NCBI GenBank assembly: GCA_964503145.1
Contig: CAZCYV010000017.1
Span: 16,718 to 80,717 of the forward strand
Direction: 5' to 3'
Origin: an uncultured Anaerolinea sp.
Lineage (GTDB): Bacteria > Chloroflexota > Anaerolineae > Anaerolineales > UBA4823
DNA: 64,000 bases
Part shown: one piece after another, positions 21,202-30,393 of the stretch
Layout: every line of letters starts with the position of its first letter
Position numbering within the stretch: position 1 is the stretch's first letter
The notes under the pieces: generated by a model
What the model saw: only the letters and a program-made list of their open reading frames with translations
Database searches by the model: none
Told to the model about the DNA's origin: nothing
Made by a program: the position numbers and the translations under genes

Positions 21202-22596
21202 TCAATCCTGCGCGCCTACCAGAGAAGGCATCGCATCGGAGACATCGGGTGAAGCGGTTGGACCGCTTTCGGGGCCAGCCTTGGCAAACTTGAGCGTCAG
21301 GTACACCATAGCGACCATCAAGGCGCCATAAACCAATGTGTAACCCACCAGGCTGATCAGCACCTGACCGGTTGAAACGACCGAAGACACGCCCTCTTCG
21401 ATCCGCATCAACCCATACACTACCCAGGGGACGCGCCCCAGTTCCGTCAAGGTCCACCCGGCAGTGTTTGCCACGTAAGGCACGAACACTGCCCATTGAA
21501 AGACTTTCAAGGCTTTGGGGCGGTCTTCGAGGATTTCCGCCATCACCAGGAACAGGCCATATAGCGCCAGACCGATCATCAGAAAGCCTACGCCGACCAT
21601 AATCCGAAAGCTCCAATAGATGACAGCCACCGGAGGGATGTAATCCCCTGGACCGTGCTGCTGCTCGAAGGCCGCCTGCAGGTTGTTGATCCCCTGGATC
21701 TCGCAATCCAGTTGGTTATAGGCCAGCAGGCAGAGCAGCCGTGGAAGGCGGATCGAGAACACTTCTTCTCGCTGTGAAAGGTCGCCGATGGTCAACAGCG
21801 AAAACGATGCTGGCGACTCGGTGTACCACAGCGCTTCGGCGGCCGCCATTTTCATCGGCTGCGATTCGACCATGTGCTGCGCCTGGCTGTGCCCGTTCAG
21901 CGCCACCAGAATGGTCGCCATCGTGCCAACCACTGCGCCGATCTGGAACGAACGGCGGAAGAGATCCACGTGGTTCTTGCGCAGCAGGTGGTAGGCGCTG
22001 ATGCTCATCACGAAGAAAGCCGCCGTAGCAAAGCCTGCGGAGATGGTGTGAGGAAACATCACCCACACATTCGGGTTGAGCACCAGGTCGAAGAAATTGG
22101 TCATCTCGGCGCGCCCGTTCGCCAGGGTATATCCCACAGGCTCTTGCATGAACGAGTTGGCAATCAGGATCCATAAGGCGGACACATTGCTGCCGAGCGC
22201 CACCATCCACATCGCGGCCGCGTGCATTCCCTTGGAGAGCTTATCCCAGCCGAAGATCCAGATACCCAGGAAAGTCGACTCCAGGAAGAAGGCCAGCAGC
22301 GCTTCGATTGCCAGCGGCGCCCCAAAGATATCTCCCACAAAACGGGAATATTCCGACCAGTTCATCCCAAACTGGAATTCCTGGACGATGCCCGTAACCA
22401 CTCCCAGCGCAAAGTTGATCACGAAGAGCTTGCCCCAGAATTTCGTCATCCGCAGGTAGAGCTCATTCCCGGAACGAACATAGATGGTCTCCATGAGCGC
22501 CACCAGGAAGGACAGTCCCAGGGTCAGGGGTACGAAAAAGAAGTGGTAAATCGTGGTGGTAGCAAACTGCAAGCGGGAAAGCACAAGTACATCCAT
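21202..22596 (-). CDS. cydA: Cytochrome bd oxidase subunit I
   Basis: LSRLQFATTTIYHFFFVPLTLG, GWTLTELGRVPWVVYG and a Q-loop region. Start set to ATG 22596, which has AAGGAG 6 nt upstream. The ORF-track GTG at 22614 adds 6 aa. Confidence 0.95.
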   Translation of the reverse strand: MDVLVLSRLQFATTTIYHFFFVPLTLGLSFLVALMETIYVRSGNELYLRMTKFWGKLFVINFALGVVTGIVQEFQFGMNWSEYSRFVGDIFGAPLAIEALLAFFLESTFLGIWIFGWDKLSKGMHAAAMWMVALGSNVSALWILIANSFMQEPVGYTLANGRAEMTNFFDLVLNPNVWVMFPHTISAGFATAAFFVMSISAYHLLRKNHVDLFRRSFQIGAVVGTMATILVALNGHSQAQHMVESQPMKMAAAEALWYTESPASFSLLTIGDLSQREEVFSIRLPRLLCLLAYNQLDCEIQGINNLQAAFEQQHGPGDYIPPVAVIYWSFRIMVGVGFLMIGLALYGLFLVMAEILEDRPKALKVFQWAVFVPYVANTAGWTLTELGRVPWVVYGLMRIEEGVSSVVSTGQVLISLVGYTLVYGALMVAMVYLTLKFAKAGPESGPTASPDVSDAMPSLVGAQD

Positions 22597-22770
22597 AGAC
22601 AGCTCCTTATCCACACAAAGGGCTAAACAGCTCGGGGGGCGCAGCCATTTTAGACGGCCGGCCCATTCTCTAATGGTAAGGAGATTTTACAGAAATACCA
22701 GATACAATTTATCCTGTTCAAAAGGTGGCAAATGTCATCTTTAGTTAACCCCACTAACATCACCCCATTG

Positions 22771-22812
22771 GAAAAAAACCGGAGCTATGGGCAGGAGCAC
22801 CCATAGCTCCGG
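22771..22812 (-). terminator. Rho-independent terminator of the UPF0316 gene
   Basis: Perfect 13-bp stem CCGGAGCTATGGG (22779-22791) / CCCATAGCTCCGG (22800-22812), followed on the minus strand by T7 (plus-strand gaaaaaaacc at 22771-22780). Confidence 0.85.
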
Positions 22813-22821
22813 AAGGTCGGC

Positions 22822-23361
22822 TCAGGCGCGCCAGAAACCCCGTCGCACCGAACGCACATCCTCGGCGGTAATGAAAGCCGAGTCGTCCACTTCGTTGACC
22901 AGTTGTTGCACTTTAGCGACATTTTTGCGCAGCACGCTACAACTGAGCAAAGTCACCACGCCGTCCTTGCCGCGGGCGGAGATCTCCGTGATGGCATAAC
23001 CCTCGGCGCGCAGGCGTTCGGCGAGCGCTGCGCCGCGCCGGGGGCTGATGATGCTGAGCTGGATATGACCAATCGCCAGGCGCTCCTCGATCAGCATCCC
23101 GACGACATTGCCTGTGGCAAAGCCAGCGGCATAGCCCAGGATGTTCAATGGGTTGTCCAGGTTGCTCAACACCGTGCTGATGGCGATCACAAAGATCAGG
23201 GCTTGACAGAAGCCCAGAACCCAGGCGATGCCCTTGCGTCCCCGCATCACTACCAGGACGCGCAGCGTGTCCAGGGTCATATCCGACACGCGCAAAGCAA
23301 AGATCAGCCCTGCGCCAAGTAAGGCCGATGACGAAAGCCAGCTTGCCATATTCGTATCCAA
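22822..23361 (-). CDS. UPF0316 / DUF2179-domain membrane protein
   Basis: 179 aa with three N-terminal TM helices and a C-terminal DUF2179-like domain (HIQLSIISPRRG...ITEISARGKDG...). Family-level call. Confidence 0.7.
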   Translation of the reverse strand: MDTNMASWLSSSALLGAGLIFALRVSDMTLDTLRVLVVMRGRKGIAWVLGFCQALIFVIAISTVLSNLDNPLNILGYAAGFATGNVVGMLIEERLAIGHIQLSIISPRRGAALAERLRAEGYAITEISARGKDGVVTLLSCSVLRKNVAKVQQLVNEVDDSAFITAEDVRSVRRGFWRA

Positions 23362-25533
23362 TTACTCTTTGACTTGTTCCGCCTCAGCCGCCTGCATGGC
23401 GGGGATGTACATGCGATCCAGGTATTCTCGCACCATGCGCCGCATGCTGAACTGCGGGCCGATGGTGCGGATCGACTCTTTCATGCGGGCAATCCACTCG
23501 CCGGGCAGACCATCCGAAGAGCGCAGTTGATAGTAGAGCGGCACGATCTCTTTCTCGAGGGTATCGTACAGATTCTGGGCATCCTCGGCGTCTTGCTTTT
23601 CAGAGTCTTCGTAGTCGATATCCTTGCCAATCGCCCAACCGTTCTGGCCGTTGTAGCCTTCGCGCCACCAGCCGTCCAGCACCGAGAAGTTCAGCACCCC
23701 GTTCAAAGCCGCCTTCTGCCCCGAAGTTCCCGAAGCCTCGTTCGGGCGGCGCGGCGTATTCAGCCACACATCCACACCCTGCACCAGATAGCGCGCCAGG
23801 TTCATGTCATATTCTTCCAGGAACACCAGCCGACCGCCGCTATCCGAGCGCTTGACCGCCCGATACACCTCCTGGATCAGCAGTTTTCCGCCCTCGTGGT
23901 CAGGGTGCGACTTACCGGCAAAGATGATTTGCACCGGTTTATCCGGCACATTGATAATCTTCAGCAAACGGTTCAGGTCGCTCAGCACCAGATTGGCGCG
24001 CTTGTACGGGGCGAAGCGGCGCGCGAAACCGATCGTCAACGCATACGGGTCGAGCAGCACGCCTGAGGCGACTACCTGGGAAGGATGCCAACCGCCGCCC
24101 ATCCAGCGCTGCCGGGCGCGCTCACGGATGTAAGCGACCAGCTTGCGTTTCAGGTGCAGCCGCACTGTCCAGAGTTGTTCATCCGGGATGTTGTTCACCA
24201 ATTCCCACACATCCGGCTCATCGACGTGTTCCAGCCAGTCTGGGCCAAGATAGCGCTCGTAGAGATGGAGCAGGCGGCGCGCCAGCCAGGTGCCGGTGTG
24301 AACGCCATTGGTGATATGGATAATGGGCACATCCTCCACCTTCCGGTCGGGCCACAAATGACGCCACATCCGGCGCGCCACCTGGCCATGCAATTCGGAG
24401 ACGGCGTTGCAGTGTTCGGACAGGCGCAAGGCCAGCGCCGGCATGCTGAACGTCTCGCCCCAGCTCACGGTATGGCGCGCCAGGGTGATGAACTGATCTC
24501 GCGTCAGGCCCAACTTCGGCCAGTAGTTGGCGAAGTATTTATCGATCAGCCACAGGCCAAATTCGTCGTTGCCTGCGGGCACGGGCGTATGGGTGGTGAA
24601 TACGTTCGAGGCATATACCTGCTCAGCAGCGTGCTCGAAAGTATCGCCAGCCTCCATGTATTCCCGGATGCGCTCCAGGGTCAAGAACGCCGAATGGCCC
24701 TCGTTCATGTGCCAGACCACTGGCGAATATCCCAGTTTACGCAAGGCGCGCACGCCTCCAATGCCCAGCAGAATTTCCTGGGAAATGCGCAAATCAGGAT
24801 CGCTGCTATACAGGCGGGCCGTCAGCAGCCGGTCGAAGGCGGAATTTTCTTCGACATCAGCATCTATAAGATAGAGCGGTACCCTTCCGACCTGGATCTG
24901 CCACAGGCGAACAAACACCTCACGACCAGGAAGCTCAACCGAAACCATCATCGGTTTGCCTTTATCGTCCAGGAGCGGAAGGACAGGCAACTGATCGAAA
25001 GGATGGGTGTCGTAGTGCGCTTCCTGCCAGCCATCCTCGGTAATGCGTTGGATGAAGTAGCCCTGGTTATAGAAAAAACCAACCGCCACGAAGGGCAGCC
25101 CCAGGTCGCTGGCTTCCTTGGCATGGTCGCCAGACAAAACCCCCAAACCACCCGCATAGATGGGGATAGTCTCATGCAGGCCAAACTCCATCGAAAAATA
25201 GGCGATCAGTTTATCGGTCAAATCCGGGTAATTGCGCGAGAACCACAAATCCGTGGCCTCTATATACTGATCGAAAGAGCGAATGATGCGATCATAGAAC
25301 TCAAGGTAATAACGGTTATTCATGACCGCATTCAACTTCGCCCGCTCCACCTGCCGTAAAAAGAGCACCGGATTGTGATAAACGCGCTCCCATAGCTCCT
25401 TGTCGATCCGCGTAAACAGGCGTTGGGCCTCTGGATTCCAGGTCCACCATAAGTTATAAGCCAGCTCCGCCAGGCGATGGATGCGCCGCGGCAGGCTGAA
25501 ATTGTTGGGAATTTGTGTACGATGATATTGCAT
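23362..25533 (-). CDS. glgP: Alpha-glucan phosphorylase (GT35, maltodextrin/glycogen phosphorylase type)
   Basis: 723 aa. N-terminal LAYNLWWTWNPEAQRLF and GGLGVLSGDHAKEASD, plus the PLP-lysine region EASGTSGQKAALNGVLNFSVLDGWW. Confidence 0.92.
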   Translation of the reverse strand: MQYHRTQIPNNFSLPRRIHRLAELAYNLWWTWNPEAQRLFTRIDKELWERVYHNPVLFLRQVERAKLNAVMNNRYYLEFYDRIIRSFDQYIEATDLWFSRNYPDLTDKLIAYFSMEFGLHETIPIYAGGLGVLSGDHAKEASDLGLPFVAVGFFYNQGYFIQRITEDGWQEAHYDTHPFDQLPVLPLLDDKGKPMMVSVELPGREVFVRLWQIQVGRVPLYLIDADVEENSAFDRLLTARLYSSDPDLRISQEILLGIGGVRALRKLGYSPVVWHMNEGHSAFLTLERIREYMEAGDTFEHAAEQVYASNVFTTHTPVPAGNDEFGLWLIDKYFANYWPKLGLTRDQFITLARHTVSWGETFSMPALALRLSEHCNAVSELHGQVARRMWRHLWPDRKVEDVPIIHITNGVHTGTWLARRLLHLYERYLGPDWLEHVDEPDVWELVNNIPDEQLWTVRLHLKRKLVAYIRERARQRWMGGGWHPSQVVASGVLLDPYALTIGFARRFAPYKRANLVLSDLNRLLKIINVPDKPVQIIFAGKSHPDHEGGKLLIQEVYRAVKRSDSGGRLVFLEEYDMNLARYLVQGVDVWLNTPRRPNEASGTSGQKAALNGVLNFSVLDGWWREGYNGQNGWAIGKDIDYEDSEKQDAEDAQNLYDTLEKEIVPLYYQLRSSDGLPGEWIARMKESIRTIGPQFSMRRMVREYLDRMYIPAMQAAEAEQVKE

Positions 25534-25560
25534 AGTCGATCAACCTCGAAACAGAATGCA

Positions 25561-25580
25561 TCTGGCGCAATTGCGCCAGA
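25561..25580. promoter_or_regulatory. Perfect 20-bp palindrome, an operator candidate between divergent glgP and lutA
   Basis: TCTGGCGCAATTGCGCCAGA is exactly self-complementary. A second inverted repeat TGCATTT-N7-AAATGCA lies at 25633-25653, and TACAAT is at 25664-25669. Confidence 0.4.
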
Positions 25581-25676
25581 GCGGAATAAATCTTACCACA
25601 AGCCAGGGGTGTTTTTGCTTAACAAACGTATTTGCATTTTTCTTAGAAATGCAGATTTTGGGATACAATTGCCATC

Positions 25677-26408
25677 ATGAGCATCACCGTCCAGCTCTTC
25701 GTCACTTGCATTATCGACACGCTTTACCCCAAGGTCGGCGAGGCGGTCGTCAAAGTCCTGCAACGCGCCGGGGCTTCGGTGGAGTTTCCGGCGGGACAAA
25801 CCTGTTGCGGGCAGCCCGCTTTCAACGCCGGGATGCGCTCCCAGGCGCGGCCAATCGCCATGCACACCATCCAGGTTTTCGAAAAAACCAGCGGGCCTGT
25901 CGTAGTGCCCTCCGGTTCTTGCGCGGCGATGATGCGGCATGGCTATCTGGAATTGTTCGCCAAAGACCAGGAATGGCTCACCCGCGCCCGAGCCCTGGCC
26001 GAGCGTACCTTCGAACTGACCGAATTTCTGGTGGATCGACTGGGGGTGACCGACCTAGGGGCGAGCTTCCCTGGCAAGCTCACCTACCATGCTTCCTGCC
26101 ATTTGCTGCGCGACCTGGGCGTCGATTCACAGCCGCGGGCGCTGTTGGCAAAGGTGCGCCAGGCTGAACTGGTCGAATTGCCCTACGCTACCGACTGTTG
26201 CGGTTTCGGGGGCGTCTTCTCCGCCGAACATCCGGAGATCTCCACGGCCATGCTGGAACGCAAGATCGCCAATATCGAAGCCAGCGGCGCGCCGGTGGTC
26301 GTCTCCTGCGATGGCGGCTGCATCACCAACATCAACGGCGGTCTGCACCGGATGGGAAAAGCGCCGCACGCTGTGCATATCGCCGAAATTCTGGCGCGTT
26401 TCGACTAA
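25677..26408 (+). CDS. lutA: Lactate utilization protein A (CCG-domain Fe-S oxidoreductase, LutA/YkgE)
   Basis: 243 aa with two CCG motifs (QTCCGQPAFNAG and TDCCGFGG) and the typical N-terminus VQLFVTCIIDTLYP. Confidence 0.88.
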   Translation: MSITVQLFVTCIIDTLYPKVGEAVVKVLQRAGASVEFPAGQTCCGQPAFNAGMRSQARPIAMHTIQVFEKTSGPVVVPSGSCAAMMRHGYLELFAKDQEWLTRARALAERTFELTEFLVDRLGVTDLGASFPGKLTYHASCHLLRDLGVDSQPRALLAKVRQAELVELPYATDCCGFGGVFSAEHPEISTAMLERKIANIEASGAPVVVSCDGGCITNINGGLHRMGKAPHAVHIAEILARFD

Positions 26409-26443
26409 GGTCGTTGAATTGGACCGCCTCTCCAGGTGCATCG

Positions 26444-28519
26444 ATGCCCAACGTCTTCCACGAACAAATTCGCACTGCGCTGGATAATCCGGTTTTACAA
26501 TCGGCCCTGGATGGCAACGCCGAGCGCCGCTTGAAAGCGCTGAACCAGGCATTCGCCTCTTTACCCGAGGGGCGCGAGATTTTGCGCCAGCGCGCCCACG
26601 CGGTGCGCGCCGATACCATTGCCAATCTGGATCGCTACCTGGATCAATTCATCGCCAATGTCCAGGCCAATGGCATCATCGTGCATCACGCGCAGAGCGC
26701 CAGGCAGGCGGTCGAGATCGTGATCCAGATCGCCCGCCGCGCGAACTCGAAAATCATCGCCAAATCCAAATCCATGGTCAGCGAGGAAATCCACCTGAAT
26801 CCGGCTTTGGAAGCCGCCGGATTTACCCCCGTGGAGACCGACCTGGGCGAGTACATCATTCAACTGCGCGGCGAACCGCCTGCCCACATCATCACCCCGG
26901 CCGTACACCTCACCCGCGCTCAGGTAGGCCAGACCTTCGCCGAGAAATTGGGCATCCCTTTCACGGAGGACATCCCCATCCTCACCACGACCGCCCGCCG
27001 CGTGCTGCGCCAGACCTTCCTGAACGCCGGGGTGGGCCTGTCGGGGGTTAATTTCGGCGTCGCTGAAAGCGGGACGCTGACTCTGGTGACCAACGAGGGC
27101 AACGGGCGGATGTGCACCACGTTGCCAGCCATCCACATCGCCTTGATGGGCATCGAGCGCCTGGTGCCAACGCTCGAAGACCTGGCGTTGATGCTCTATC
27201 TGCTGCCGCGCTCGGCCACCGGGCAAAAGCTCAGCGTTTACACCAGCCTGATCCACAGCCCGCGCCGCCCTGGCGAGGTGGATGGGCCACAAGAGAGACA
27301 CCTGATCCTGGTCGATAACGGACGCCGCGCCATGCGCCAATCGGCGCTGAGCGAAGCGCTGTACTGCATCCGCTGTGGGGCGTGCTTGAACGCCTGTCCG
27401 GTTTTCCGCGAGATTGGCGGCCACGCCTATCAGGCTGTGGATGGGCACATCACCCCTTACCCTGGCCCGATCGGATCGGTCGTCTCGCCCGGCCTGTTCG
27501 GCGTGCCCGAGTTCGGACATCTGGCGCGAGCTTCCAGCCTGTGCGGGGCATGCAAAGAGGCCTGTCCGGTGGATATTGATCTGCCCAAGTTGCTGCTGCG
27601 GGTGCGCGCCGCCGGCGCAGACCTGCAAGCGCAGAAACCGACCCCCACACCAGCCGCTCCAGAGCCTGCTCACGACCAGGGCGCGCATCGGGTACGCTCC
27701 CATGTGCCGGGCGGGCTGCGCCTGGGCCTGCAAGGCTTCACCTGGATCGCCCGCTCGCCGCGGCGGTTCGCGCTGGCGCAGCGACTGGCGGGGCTATTTA
27801 GTCGAATCCTCTCGCCCCGCTCGGAATGGCTGCGCCCGCCGGCGTTCACCGGCTGGGGATATTCCAGGGACATACCCCGCCCTGCCGCCCGGCCCTTCCG
27901 CGATCGCTTTGCCTCTCTCGCCCCTGTCTCGCCGCTGCCCGCCCGACAGGCCGCTCAGCCGCTCCCTACCTCGCCGCCAACGCCCGAAGAAGCCAGGTTT
28001 AGCCTCTCACTCGACCAAAGGGTGAATCGCTTCGTTGAGGAACTGACGGCTCTGGGCGGTATGGCGACGGTCTGCCCGGCCGATCGCCTGGCCGAACGCC
28101 TGCTGCAGGATTTGGGCGAATTGGGTATCACAGCCCTTCAGGCCTGGGACGAAGCGTATCTACCCCCCGGCTTGATCGAGGCGCTGCGCGCCGGCAATGT
28201 TCGGGTGCAATCCGATCCCGACCCAACTCTGCGGGCAGGGTTGACCGGGGCGCTGGCAGGGATCGCCGAGACCGGCACCCTGGTGATGCCTGGCGACATT
28301 GGCAAGCCGCAGACGGCCTCGCTGCTGCCCGAAATCCACTTCGCTATTCTGCGCCAGGCCGATTTGCTGGACTCCCTGGTTGAAGCCTTACGGCTGCCTG
28401 CGCTGAAGGATTTTTCGACGGTTGTCCTGATCAGCGGACCTTCGCGCACCGCAGATATCGAGATGACACTAACGATTGGGGTGCATGGTCCCGGCCAGCT
28501 CAGGGTTTATGTCGTTTGA
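26444..28519 (+). CDS. lutBC: Fused LutB-LutC (4Fe-4S lactate utilization protein plus LUD/DUF162 domain)
   Basis: Start moved to ATG 26444 (MPNVFHEQIR). The N-terminal ~470 aa are LutB-like with CIRCGACLNACPV and CGACKEACPV. The C-terminal ~200 aa are LutC/LUD-like (GIAETGTLVM...ISGPSRTADIE). One continuous frame. Confidence 0.85.
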   Translation: MPNVFHEQIRTALDNPVLQSALDGNAERRLKALNQAFASLPEGREILRQRAHAVRADTIANLDRYLDQFIANVQANGIIVHHAQSARQAVEIVIQIARRANSKIIAKSKSMVSEEIHLNPALEAAGFTPVETDLGEYIIQLRGEPPAHIITPAVHLTRAQVGQTFAEKLGIPFTEDIPILTTTARRVLRQTFLNAGVGLSGVNFGVAESGTLTLVTNEGNGRMCTTLPAIHIALMGIERLVPTLEDLALMLYLLPRSATGQKLSVYTSLIHSPRRPGEVDGPQERHLILVDNGRRAMRQSALSEALYCIRCGACLNACPVFREIGGHAYQAVDGHITPYPGPIGSVVSPGLFGVPEFGHLARASSLCGACKEACPVDIDLPKLLLRVRAAGADLQAQKPTPTPAAPEPAHDQGAHRVRSHVPGGLRLGLQGFTWIARSPRRFALAQRLAGLFSRILSPRSEWLRPPAFTGWGYSRDIPRPAARPFRDRFASLAPVSPLPARQAAQPLPTSPPTPEEARFSLSLDQRVNRFVEELTALGGMATVCPADRLAERLLQDLGELGITALQAWDEAYLPPGLIEALRAGNVRVQSDPDPTLRAGLTGALAGIAETGTLVMPGDIGKPQTASLLPEIHFAILRQADLLDSLVEALRLPALKDFSTVVLISGPSRTADIEMTLTIGVHGPGQLRVYVV

Positions 28520-29783
28520 ACCCATGCCCAAACCAGACTTCATCCAGCAGGCTGCCCAGGCGCTGAAATCCGGGGAGCAAGCGCGCGCCCAGAGCATCCT
28601 GGCGGAGCTTCTGGCGAACGAACCCAACAACGATCAGGCATGGTTGTTGCTGGCCGTATCCATTGGCGACCGCGAGAAGAAGCGCTATTGCCTGAACCGG
28701 GCGCTCTCGATTCGCCCCGATAATGAACTGGCGCGCCGGGCGCTGGATCGACTCGACCGCTCCGAAACCCCCAGACCAGAAAAACGCCCCGGCTTCAGCC
28801 GCATGCAGATCTTTCTGATGATCCTGATGGCCTTCATCGGCCTGATGGCTATGGTTGCCTTGGCGCTGATGGCATTCCAACACCAGGAGTTGAGGGCGTC
28901 AGCGGCCTCGGCGCCGCTCGGGCAGGCGCCGGCCTTTGACCCACCGGTGACTTACCTGCAGCTTCCTGCTACGTGGACGCCTACGCCCACAGCATCCCCC
29001 GTAGGGCAGAACAGCCTCGATCCGATTTATACGCCTGCTCCGAACGTTTCCCCCACTCCCATTCCTTCCCTCACACCCATTGCCTCCGAAAGGCTGATCA
29101 TCATCGGGCGATCGGTGCAGAATCGGCCAATCGAGGTCTATCGCTTTGGCAGCGGCCCCAGGGAGCGCATGATCATCGCCGGCATCCACGGCGGGGATGA
29201 AGGAAATACCATCGCCCTGGCGGAGCAGTTGATCGCCCATCTGCGCCGCCACCCGCGCCTCGTGCCTGCCAGTTACACGCTGTACATCTTGCGCTCACTC
29301 AACCCGGATGGCGAGGTGCTGGGCAATGTCCCCGAGGCCCGGCTCAACGCCAACGGCGTGGACCTGAACCGCAATTTCGACGTCGGCTGGAAAGCGGTCT
29401 GGAGGAGCACCGGCTGCTCTTCCAAACCCGGAACCGCTGGGGTTGGCCCCGGCTCTGAGCCGGAGACCAGGGCCTTGAAGGAGTTTTTGCGTTCCCGTCA
29501 GGTGGAGGCGCTGATCAGCTACCACAGCGCCTACCTGGGGGTTTTCCCCAGCGGCGAGCCTGCGCACCCGCCCTCGGTGCGCCTGGCCGAGGCGATCCAT
29601 GCTATCAGTAATTACCCCTATCCGCCGGTGCGGAATGGGTGCGAATACACTGGCACGCTGGTGGACTGGGCGACCAGCAACGACGTCATCGCCGCAGTGG
29701 ACCTGGAGCTGAACAGCGGCGTGGATACCGAGTTCGAGACCAACCTCAGGGTGTTATCCTTACTGCTGAGTTTCGAGCCATAG
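28509..29783 (+). CDS. Membrane-anchored TPR plus M14 zinc carboxypeptidase (MpaA-like)
   Basis: N-terminal TPR-like repeats, one TM helix (MQIFLMILMAFIGLMAMVALALMAF), then M14 motifs IIAGIHGGDEGNT, LNPDG and NANGVDLNRNF. The start is uncertain (28476, 28509 or 28524). Confidence 0.75.
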   Translation: MSFEPMPKPDFIQQAAQALKSGEQARAQSILAELLANEPNNDQAWLLLAVSIGDREKKRYCLNRALSIRPDNELARRALDRLDRSETPRPEKRPGFSRMQIFLMILMAFIGLMAMVALALMAFQHQELRASAASAPLGQAPAFDPPVTYLQLPATWTPTPTASPVGQNSLDPIYTPAPNVSPTPIPSLTPIASERLIIIGRSVQNRPIEVYRFGSGPRERMIIAGIHGGDEGNTIALAEQLIAHLRRHPRLVPASYTLYILRSLNPDGEVLGNVPEARLNANGVDLNRNFDVGWKAVWRSTGCSSKPGTAGVGPGSEPETRALKEFLRSRQVEALISYHSAYLGVFPSGEPAHPPSVRLAEAIHAISNYPYPPVRNGCEYTGTLVDWATSNDVIAAVDLELNSGVDTEFETNLRVLSLLLSFEP

Positions 29784-29824
29784 GCGCCAGCATCTTCGCC
29801 ATTCTCTCTGCCCGAAGCCATCGG

Positions 29825-30244
29825 TCACTCCTCGATCCTGCGTCGCAAGCGCTTGATCTCGCTGCGGCGGCGTTTCTCCTCTAGGCGTCTCAGCCTGGAT
29901 TCGGCGGTGGGACGGGTTTTCTTGCGCAGCCTGGGCCTCTCGCAGGCTTTGCGGATCATGGCAACCAGGCGCTCTACGGCATCCCGGCGATTGCGCTCCT
30001 GGGTGCGGAAACGGCGCGCTTCGATAATCAGAACGCCGTCTTCGCTCAGGCGCCTGCCAGCCAATCGCTCCAGCCGCAGCCGGACATCCTCTGGCAACGA
30101 AGGCGAGCGGCGTACATCGAAGCGAAGTTGAACGGCGGTGGCCACCTTGTTGATATTCTGCCCGCCCGGCCCCGAGGATTGAATATAGTCGAAACTGAGC
30201 TCGGCGTCATCGATTGCGCACCGGTCGTTGATCCAGATCTGCAT
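29825..30244 (-). CDS. arfB: Alternative ribosome-rescue factor ArfB (peptidyl-tRNA hydrolase, YaeJ family)
   Basis: 139 aa with the GGQ motif (SSGPGGQNINKVATAV) and a basic C-terminal tail (RLRRLEEKRRRSEIKRLRRR). Confidence 0.9.
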   Translation of the reverse strand: MQIWINDRCAIDDAELSFDYIQSSGPGGQNINKVATAVQLRFDVRRSPSLPEDVRLRLERLAGRRLSEDGVLIIEARRFRTQERNRRDAVERLVAMIRKACERPRLRKKTRPTAESRLRRLEEKRRRSEIKRLRRRIEE

Positions 30245-30317
30245 GAACTTATTTTACGCCTCATCCAACAATCGAAACGTAAAAACTGCAATCGATTCCG
30301 ACACCAGTTTAGACAAA

Positions 30318-30341
30318 TATAGTCCATTTTTGGACTATAAT
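30318..30341 (+). promoter_or_regulatory. Inverted repeat overlapping a TATAAT box, a promoter/operator candidate for the SBP-kinase operon
   Basis: TATAGTCCA (30318-30326), spacer TTTT, then TGGACTATA (30331-30339), a perfect 9-bp inverted repeat. TATAAT sits at 30336-30341, 53 nt upstream of ATG 30394. Confidence 0.4.
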
Positions 30342-30393
30342 ATGTTTCTATTTCTCGATGAAAGCAGATCCCGGCGAGACAAGGAGAAAATCC

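Noticed and set aside
22607-22615. A perfect DnaA-box 9-mer TTATCCACA.
   Set aside because: It is a single isolated copy that overlaps the cydA ribosome-binding site and start region (its complement supplies the AAGGAG). One exact 9-mer in 64 kb on two strands is about what chance predicts, and there is no cluster.
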